A stretch of 63,311 nucleotides of DNA, filler included, from Chthonomonadaceae bacterium (GTDB lineage: Bacteria > Armatimonadota > Chthonomonadetes > Chthonomonadales > Chthonomonadaceae): NCBI GenBank assembly GCA_035650735.1. It is 4 parts of 4 records of this genome, joined end to end, with 100 filler letters (N's around TTAATTAATTAA, not from the genome) between each part and the next. Parts side by side here need not be neighbours in the genome. Positions count along the whole stretch, not along the records: positions 56,312 to 63,311 come from DASRGZ010000146.1; 3 more parts are not named here. One strand, 5' to 3'. The notes under the pieces are model-generated. The model did no database searches. It was not told where the DNA came from and worked only from the letters and a program-made list of their open reading frames with translations. Below are positions 56,408 to 63,311 of this stretch, piece after piece. Numbering within the stretch: position 1 is the first letter of the stretch; every line of letters starts with the position of its first letter. The translations under genes and the position numbers were made by a program.

Positions 56408-58276
56408 TCAATCGGACCGTTCTCCTCGGCTCACTTCCCGGCCGCTGGGCAGAGGCTTCTGTCGGGAAAAGGCTGATGGCAGTATGTTGTCCACGAGCAG
56501 CCAGGAGCGGTAGGGACTGCCCCCCTCTCCCGCACTGCCAAAGTCGCAGAGTCGCAACCTAGATCCATCGCCCGTTGGGAACTCCAGCAGCAACAGCGGA
56601 GGTAGCCAGCCCGACCAGGCAATCCGGCTTCCACTCAGCCCCCGCGCATCCAGAACGGGAAGCGCGTCCGGGTCCATCGCGTTGAACCGGCGGTCGTAGG
56701 TCAAGAGCACCGGTCCGCGATAGACCGAGACCTTCCCCGCGCACTCCCGTGCGCCTACCCAGTAGTGGAGGGCAAAGTCCAGGAGGATTTCGATCCGGTC
56801 TCCCGCTTTCCAGGTTCGGTCGAGGGTCAGGTAAGCGCCCGATGGGACATTTTCTACGGGCGTCTCGTTGACCCGCACGGCAGTCTGCTCGGACCACTGG
56901 GGAATGCGCAGCTTCAAGGCGAAGGCGGTCGGTTCCGAGGGATCGACCTGAAGCAGAATGCGTGGCTCGCATGGATAGTCGGTCTCTTGCGTCAGCCGCA
57001 CCGACAGGCCCGAGGGCAAGCCAGCCAGCATCGTTCCCGCGCCGTACCAGTGCAGCCGCAGTCCCTCCGCGTCCTGCATGAGCGCCCAGTCGCTGAGCAT
57101 TCCTAACCCCCGGGCGCTGTTGACGCTGCAGCAGTTGAGTTCGGGCGTGCCCTCCCGGGCCTGAAAGGCGAGCGCGTGGGTGCTGGCCTGGCGCACTCCA
57201 TCCATGGGCGTATTGTAGGTGGCCCAGCGTCCGGTGACCGAATGCAGGCCCAACACCGCGTTGAGGGTTGCCAGTTCCAGCTCATCGGCCACCAGCGGAT
57301 TGCCCGTCAGGCGCAGCATCTCCACGCTCAGAGCCATCCAGGCAATGGTACAGCAGGTTTCAATGACGCCCGGATGATAGGGATTCCCCTGAGCCTGCTC
57401 GTCGGAGGAGAACCCCCCGTTATTGTGCCGATCCAGCTTGACGATGCTCCACCAGATCGCCTCGAAAGCCTGCCGATACCGCTCCTGTCCCGTCAGGTAG
57501 TACAGCTCCGCCAGGGTCAGAATGGGATGCAGGCTCTCCCAGCGCGGCCTGGGCATGGCAAAGAACTCCTTGCCTGCCAGAGCTTGCTGTAGGTAGTCGC
57601 CGGCCAGCGGCTTGCCCGCAGCGTCTGTGGCGCCGAACTCCTCTACAAGCTGGAGCGCCAGATCAAGATACGGCCCAACACGGGCGTGCTTATAGAGCAG
57701 GCACAGCGCATGGGCGGGAGCCAGGTTCATCTCGGTAGAGCCCGTCTCCACCAGACGAGGCTGCTTGTCGCCCAGGAACTTCCTACAGAGCAGATCAGCC
57801 ATCCGCTGCACACAGGTCAGGGCCTGTTGCTCGTGGGTCTGCTCATACCAGAAGAGCAAGCCCAGCATCAGATGATAGTGCCCCCAGGTATCCCAGGTCT
57901 GGCCCTCTCCTGCCGCGTTGGGCGCCTGGTTAGCCAGACGCCAGGGCTTGGGCCAGGGACCCAGGTAGCCATCCTCGGCCTGGAGCGCGAGGAGTTGGCC
58001 GACGAACTCCTGGAGGAGCCCGTGCAGCCCGGGATCGCCTGTCAGGCGCAGCACCTGGACCGCGCCGGTCAGATACTTGCCCGCGAACTCGCCGGCCCAG
58101 GGGACCAGGTTGCGATAGGGGAGCCGATCCCGGTCCCGGAACATCTCCAGCAAGCCAGGATTGGAGAAGGGAGCGACCTTGAGCCAGTATTGGCTGATGT
58201 TATGCAAATACTCGGCCAGGTAGCCTTCCGCATGGAAGCGCAGGTTGGGAAGGCGGTCACAGCAGGGGGCAGCCAT
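56408..58276 (-). CDS. GH127-like beta-L-arabinofuranosidase family protein
   Basis: DGYLG, ETCC, NCCSVN, QETDYP, LRIPQW, RGPVLL. Confidence 0.88.
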   Translation of the reverse strand: MAAPCCDRLPNLRFHAEGYLAEYLHNISQYWLKVAPFSNPGLLEMFRDRDRLPYRNLVPWAGEFAGKYLTGAVQVLRLTGDPGLHGLLQEFVGQLLALQAEDGYLGPWPKPWRLANQAPNAAGEGQTWDTWGHYHLMLGLLFWYEQTHEQQALTCVQRMADLLCRKFLGDKQPRLVETGSTEMNLAPAHALCLLYKHARVGPYLDLALQLVEEFGATDAAGKPLAGDYLQQALAGKEFFAMPRPRWESLHPILTLAELYYLTGQERYRQAFEAIWWSIVKLDRHNNGGFSSDEQAQGNPYHPGVIETCCTIAWMALSVEMLRLTGNPLVADELELATLNAVLGLHSVTGRWATYNTPMDGVRQASTHALAFQAREGTPELNCCSVNSARGLGMLSDWALMQDAEGLRLHWYGAGTMLAGLPSGLSVRLTQETDYPCEPRILLQVDPSEPTAFALKLRIPQWSEQTAVRVNETPVENVPSGAYLTLDRTWKAGDRIEILLDFALHYWVGARECAGKVSVYRGPVLLTYDRRFNAMDPDALPVLDARGLSGSRIAWSGWLPPLLLLEFPTGDGSRLRLCDFGSAGEGGSPYRSWLLVDNILPSAFSRQKPLPSGREVSRGERSD

Positions 58277-58332
58277 AGCAGCAGTTCCTCTCTAGGGTTC
58301 CGGGGGGCGTAAGGTTCTTCCTCACTCTCCCC

Positions 58333-59108
58333 TCAAGGCGCAGTCCGAAGCGGCGCGTGCCATGTTGTCCAGTCAGACCAGACGCCGGAAGCGTTTCGCT
58401 CCCGCAGCCGGAGCCAGTGCGTTGCGCCGGCGGTCAGTTGTCGCTTTCCCGCACGACTGCCCATAAATGTGCCATGCGCCGCGTCTATGACCAGGCCTCG
58501 CGCCGCACTCGCCAGCGTTTTCGATCTCCAAACGACATCCTTCCCCTGCGGGTCCGTCGCCGCCTGCGCTTCCCAGGCGGCAAGGCCGCTTCCCGGCGTG
58601 CGTGTAATTGACGGTGGGTTCGCCGCAATCAGGGGGCCGATGGGCTGCGTGCTGATGACGAAATCATCGAACCAGCGGGCCTGGCGCTTTCCAGAACCTT
58701 GATTCCAATAGTTCTCCAGAAACACCGCGTTGATGGCGTAGTCGTTCCAGACGCCATGCCAGTCCAGGTCTGTCCGAGACGCTTCCAGCCGCCCGTCTAC
58801 CCAGAGCGCGAACACACCGTCGCTCCGACCGGGAGTATTCAGCCGGATGTGCGCTTCGACGCAGACCCACCGCCCCGATTCTGCGGGGCTGAAAAGTTGT
58901 ACTCGAAGTAGCGCGGCTCCTGGTCGGGCGGTCGGTCAAAGTCATCGTAGAAGATGACCGCGTTTCCCGGTCGGTGCGGTTGCGGCGTGACGGGCGACAC
59001 GCACGCCACGCGCACGCTCGGCGTCGCGCTCTCCAGGTTCCTCGGCTGCGCCCACATCGTGAGGCCCGTAGATAACAACAGACTGCCGGCAATATTCCAG
59101 ATATTCAT
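58333..59108 (-). pseudogene. Polysaccharide-lyase/LamG-like secreted protein with internal deletion and frameshift
   Basis: Signal peptide + IFYDDFD...YFEY joined out of frame to GRWVCVEAHIRLNTPGRSDG...WVDG...WFDDFVIS. Confidence 0.6.
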
Positions 59109-59320
59109 CCATGATCTCTTCCGGTCGCGCGAAAGGGAGTCTCATGCTTCAGCCCTTCCACATAGGCGCGAAAAGCCTTCAGCGCCTGCCCGACCTGCAG
59201 GAACAGGCTCTTCAGGGTTCGTTCTCCCTCCTCGTTGCAGGAGGTTTCCCTCTGTTCTCAGATGATTCCTGCGGACCGAGCTAGGGGAGCAGGATCCTTC
59301 CATTTTCCGCCCTCGCCGCC

Positions 59321-59520
59321 GGGCACTGAAAGTACCCGGCTCTAGGGCCTGCGGCCAGGCGTCCTGGCGGACGCACAGCCAAGCCAGGTGTTCCGTCCGA
59401 AGGACGGTCGGCGGCGCAGCCGCCCTCTAGCCGGGTATTTTCCATGCCCGGCACGGATCGGAGGTTTTCAACCCCCGGCTATGGGGCCTACGGCTAAGCG
59501 CCCTAGCGGACGCACAGGAA
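59321..59520. repeat. Inverted copy of the 14952-15120 palindromic element
   Basis: GGGCACTGAAAGTACCCG...CCGGGTATTTTCCATGCCCGGC...TTTTCAACCCCCGGCT is the reverse complement of 14952-15120. Confidence 0.88.
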
Positions 59521-59932
59521 AGCCACGCCGGCTTCGATGATCCCCTTATCGCCAACCAGATCGTCGGGCCGGAAAAATGCCGTCTGTTGGCGCAGGCGGC
59601 GCGCGAAATGCGGATCATGGTCGCTGTAGACGACACGGCAAACGCCGAGGAGTTGGTGACGGCGGCTCGGGCCGCCGGCAGCGAGATCGGTATCCTGGTG
59701 GAAGTGGATACCGGCATGAACCGCTGCGGTGTCCGCTCGCCGGAAGAGGCCAGGCGGGTAGCGGAGTGGGTCGCCGCGCTGGACGGTCTCCGCTTGCGGG
59801 GTCTGATGGGCTATGAGGGTCACTGCGTGCTGGAGCCAGATCGGAAGACGCGCGCCGAGAGGGCTTATCCGGCAATGGACTACCTCCTCGGTATTGCCCA
59901 CAGCCTGCGCGTTGCTGGATTGCCGCCGGAAC
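59521..59932 (+). pseudogene. Internal fragment of a DSD1/D-threonine aldolase-like PLP enzyme
   Basis: IANQIVG, EVDTGMNRCGV, GLMGYEGH; PLP-lysine N-terminus and C-terminus absent. Confidence 0.75.
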
Positions 59933-60595
59933 GAAGCCCAGGTCACGGCGACCGCAAAGGCGCTGGGCGCGGTCGCCGTAACAGGCGATATCTCGGTGCG
60001 CGCCGATGTTCGACGCGATGTCGAGACCTGTATCACCCGGTTTGGCGCGCTCGACGTTCTGATCGCGAACGCGGGCGTCACCGGCGCTCAGCCTCTCCTG
60101 GAGATAGATGACGACCGGTGGCAGCGCGCGCTGGACGTCAATGTCACCGGGACGTTTCTCTGCGTTCAGGAGGCAGGGCGCGCAATGAAGGAGCGTGGAG
60201 GCGCGATGGTGGTCACGGCCTCTACAAATGCCTTCTATGTAGAGACGAATCTCGCGGCCTATAACATGCCGAAGGGCGGGGTCATGGCATTCGTACGCTC
60301 CGCAGCGATCGACCTTGCGCCCTTCGGGATACGTGTCAATGCCGTTCAGCCCGGCGTCGTCAACACGCCGTTTGCCGCCATCCTTCTGGATAATCCCGAA
60401 GAAGCAGCCGACTATCGGAAGAACATTCCTCTGAATCGCTTCGCGGAGCCGGGGGAGATCGCCCGCGCGATCCTGTTTCTGGCCTCGGAGGAGGCGCCCT
60501 ACATTACCGGTCAGGGGCTGATTCTGGACGGCGGTCTAACGCTTGGCATTGCGTTGGCGCTGCCGGAAAACGGACACCGGACAGGCCAGAGTTAG
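59933..60595 (+). pseudogene. 5'-truncated short-chain dehydrogenase
   Basis: LDVLIANAG, YNMPK, GIRVNAVQPG, YITGQ; no TGxxxGIG motif or own start. Confidence 0.75.
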
Positions 60596-60641
60596 GAGGC
60601 TGCGGAAAATTTCTTAGTAAACCGGCTCTCTGCTCGTGTCT

Positions 60642-61928
60642 CTACTCCTCCGAGTAGTCTTTTGCCGCATCTTCAAGAACCAGCGCCCAATCCTCTTGAT
60701 CGCCCTGGGACGGCGCGACAAATTCTTGCACGCCCGTATTGGCATACCGCCCGATGGAGACCCAGGTTCCCTGCCGGGGATCATACCACCGCGCTTTGAC
60801 TTCCTTCCCCGCTATGCTGCCCATCCGAAGGCTGACGGGCTTGCCGCAAGGCACATAGGCGACGACAAAACCGCCGTCTTCGGCGCGGGCAGCCTGAACG
60901 TGGTCTTCGCCTTCTCCCTGGCCTGCGGCCAGGACCGACTGATCGGGGATCATCTTGTACCAGGGACGCCGTTCGAAGAGCCGACGCATCAGCCCTACTT
61001 GCCGTGAGCCTTCATAGGCCATTGCCGTGCGCCATTGCCGGAAGCCGTTGCGCGGGAAAGGACCGTCGTCGTCCTTGTAGAGGTGGAACATATCCAGAGC
61101 GCCATAGCCGTGTCCCGCCGCCCCCGCCAGCATCGCCCAGTAGGCACCTTTCCGAACTTGGTGCGAGGTGATCCGAGGCGTATCGGGACCGGTGGGGTGA
61201 TTCTCGTAGGGCGGCTCCATGTCCACCGTCGGCTTGGCCGGAGACAGGCTGTAATCGTGTTGAATGTAGTCGTAGGTTTTGGTAGCCCAGCCGTGTCCGG
61301 ACTGAATTGAGTTGAAGTCCAGCCAGTCGGCATCATGGAACCAATAGGAGGAAGAGGTATGTCCATGACCGTGATAGGAGACCAGATGGCTCCCCTCGCT
61401 TCCGTCCTTGAGGCCCCGGGCCATTGCTACCCAGACGGCCCCATCGCTGCCCGGGGCCGAGTCGCCGCCGACGTACCAGAGCACGGCGTTCTTCTTGTAG
61501 CGTTCCGCGAGGAACTTGCCGAAGGAGTAGGCGTTTTGGGCATCGAACACCTGCTCCCGATGGGAGTTGACGTGCCAGGACTTGGCGACGACCAGGCCCA
61601 TCACCAGACCGAGTTCATTAGCCCGGTTAATGATGTAGTCCACATTGCGGAAGAACGCCTCGTTGGGCCGGGTCGGGTCGCGGTCGAGGAGTGGAGGTTC
61701 CCCAAGGAGCGAGATCTGTCCGTCCGGATGGCGCTCGCCAAGCCCTCGGATAACATAGGCCTGGATGACGGTGAACCCCTTGTCGGCGCGGTCTTGGAGA
61801 TACGCCTCGACTTCCGGGTGATCGAGCCGTTGAAACAGCAGCCAGGCGGTATCACCGAGGTAGAAGAAGGGGGTCCCTGTGTGGTTGGTGAAATAGCGTC
61901 CATTGGAACTGATGCGGATCGTGCTCAT
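60642..61928 (-). CDS. DUF4038 / GH140 apiosidase-like protein with C-terminal collagen-binding-type domain
   Basis: PFFYLGDTAW, KGFTVIQ, QSGH, EPPYE, WYDPRQG, DWALVL. Confidence 0.85.
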   Translation of the reverse strand: MSTIRISSNGRYFTNHTGTPFFYLGDTAWLLFQRLDHPEVEAYLQDRADKGFTVIQAYVIRGLGERHPDGQISLLGEPPLLDRDPTRPNEAFFRNVDYIINRANELGLVMGLVVAKSWHVNSHREQVFDAQNAYSFGKFLAERYKKNAVLWYVGGDSAPGSDGAVWVAMARGLKDGSEGSHLVSYHGHGHTSSSYWFHDADWLDFNSIQSGHGWATKTYDYIQHDYSLSPAKPTVDMEPPYENHPTGPDTPRITSHQVRKGAYWAMLAGAAGHGYGALDMFHLYKDDDGPFPRNGFRQWRTAMAYEGSRQVGLMRRLFERRPWYKMIPDQSVLAAGQGEGEDHVQAARAEDGGFVVAYVPCGKPVSLRMGSIAGKEVKARWYDPRQGTWVSIGRYANTGVQEFVAPSQGDQEDWALVLEDAAKDYSEE

Positions 61929-62033
61929 GTTGTCTCCTCCTTGAGTCACAACGATTCGCATTATGTACGTCCCTTTCCTTCTCCGGCTTCCGTTTGGGAG
62001 GAACCTCTCGTATCCAGACCCAGTTATTCAAAT

Positions 62034-63146
62034 TTATCGGAATAAATTTATAGGGGAACCTTCCTTTGCTAAAGGCTCCTTCCGCTCCTGTATTCTCTGT
62101 AACGCCCACGCCGCATGTTCCCGGACGAGCGGTTCAGGGTCATCCGCAACGGCCCGTTCCAACGCGGCCTCCGCTTCAGGGTCGTCCGACGCTGCCAGCG
62201 CGACCGCCGCATTCCGCAGCAGGCCGCGCCGCTTGGCCCGCTTCACCGGACTGCCCTTGAACTTCTCCCGAAACTCCTCCTCGGACATCCGGAGTAAGTC
62301 CACCAACCGAGGATTCCTCGTAACCTCACGGGGTTGAAAAGCAGGCTCATCCGTCGCGACAGAACGGCGCTGATTGAACGGACAGACCTCCTGGCAGATG
62401 TCGCAGCCGAACACGCGGTTGCCGGAGGCGGCGATGGCGGGCCGCAGTTCCTCCGGGATGCTGCCTTTGAGTTCAATGGTGAGATAGGAAAGACAGCGGC
62501 GCGCATCTATCTGAAAAGGCGCGACGATGGCTCCGGTCGGGCAGGCGTCCAGACAGCGGGTGCAGGTGCCGCAGCCTCCCCGCGCCGGCTCATCTACCGG
62601 CAGCGCGACGTTGGTAAGGATCTCCCCCAGGAAGAAATAGGAGCCGCGTCGCGTGTTGATGAGCATCGTGTTCTTGCCAAACCAGCCCAGTCCCGCGCGC
62701 CGGGCGACCTCGCGCTCCAGCAACGGCCCCGTATCCACATAGACGCGCCCCTCCGCGCCCTCGCCGGCCTCTGCCTTGAGAAACGCCAGCAGTTCGCGCA
62801 GCCTGGCGACCATCACGTCATGATAGTCGTCGCCGCGCGCATACCGGGCAAACTGAGCGCGTTGCGGGTCGGCATCGGCTGGCGTGCCCGGACCCTCCTC
62901 CGCGTCCGTATAGTAGTTCATGCCCACGACGAGGATGGAGCGCGCATCCGGCAGCAGCTCGCGCGGGTCGAGGCGGCGATGCAGGTTGCGCGTCAGATAC
63001 TCCATCTCCCCGGCATAGCCGCGCAATACCCAATCCCGATACTCCTCGGCAAAAACCGACGGCTCCGCGCCCGTGATGCCTACCAGATCAAAGCCCAGTT
63101 CCTGCGCCCGCCGCTTGATCGCCTCCGCTAACTCTTGCCGTTCCAT
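62034..63146 (-). CDS. queG: tRNA epoxyqueuosine reductase
   Basis: YARGDDYH, VDTGPLLER, CGTCTRCLDACPT, GCDICQEVCP. Confidence 0.96.
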   Translation of the reverse strand: MERQELAEAIKRRAQELGFDLVGITGAEPSVFAEEYRDWVLRGYAGEMEYLTRNLHRRLDPRELLPDARSILVVGMNYYTDAEEGPGTPADADPQRAQFARYARGDDYHDVMVARLRELLAFLKAEAGEGAEGRVYVDTGPLLEREVARRAGLGWFGKNTMLINTRRGSYFFLGEILTNVALPVDEPARGGCGTCTRCLDACPTGAIVAPFQIDARRCLSYLTIELKGSIPEELRPAIAASGNRVFGCDICQEVCPFNQRRSVATDEPAFQPREVTRNPRLVDLLRMSEEEFREKFKGSPVKRAKRRGLLRNAAVALAASDDPEAEAALERAVADDPEPLVREHAAWALQRIQERKEPLAKEGSPINLFR

Positions 63147-63311
63147 AGCCTACCAGCCACCAGAATAAACCACCCGCTGCGCTAGAGGCACGGAGACACG
63201 GAGGAGTCACGGAGAAAAGCAAAAGAGAAAGACAGAGGAAAAACCAGAGTTTTAGATAGGAGGAACTGGATGGACAGGATTAGAGAAAGAGGGAGAAAGG
63301 CTTGGCCGTGC

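Overview
This window is not one locus. It is four assembly contigs (1-21311, 21412-49613, 49714-56211, 56312-63311) joined by artificial 100-nt N/TTAATTAATTAA/N linkers, from a high-GC bacterium (gene content suggests an Armatimonadota-like MAG; this is inference). Core genes: nuoA/C/D/E (no nuoB here) under a Rex-type operator, pyc, trpF, murI (partial), rph, rdgB, queG, tRNA-Ser(UGA), sugar catabolism (RhaD-SDR fusion, GH20, GH15, GH127, GH140-like, ABC transporter) and two class III nucleotide cyclases. Accessory content: an xis-integrase element abutting the tRNA, an IS3 end, intact and decayed toxin-antitoxin modules, and many palindromic repeats. No cas genes and no conventional CRISPR array are present. 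The most striking signal is a set of isolated repeat-spacer-repeat scars with CRISPR geometry inside protein-coding genes: a perfect 30/38/30-bp unit at 31412-31509 whose spacer translates to a TnpB-like motif, an in-frame 35/37/35-bp unit at 45585-45691, and a weaker one at 7486-7593. These look like natural off-target Cas1-Cas2 integrations (neo-CRISPR genesis) that disrupt or lengthen proteins; the mechanism is inferred, not shown. Also notable: a family of 81-82-bp GGTA...TACC MITEs with 8-bp target duplications (two copies, both inactivating genes), a highly structured 5' leader before a repeat-FN3-YrpD-like gene, long rod-like palindromic elements, and a G-rich heptamer array. Product calls come from motif recognition by eye; no database searches were run.
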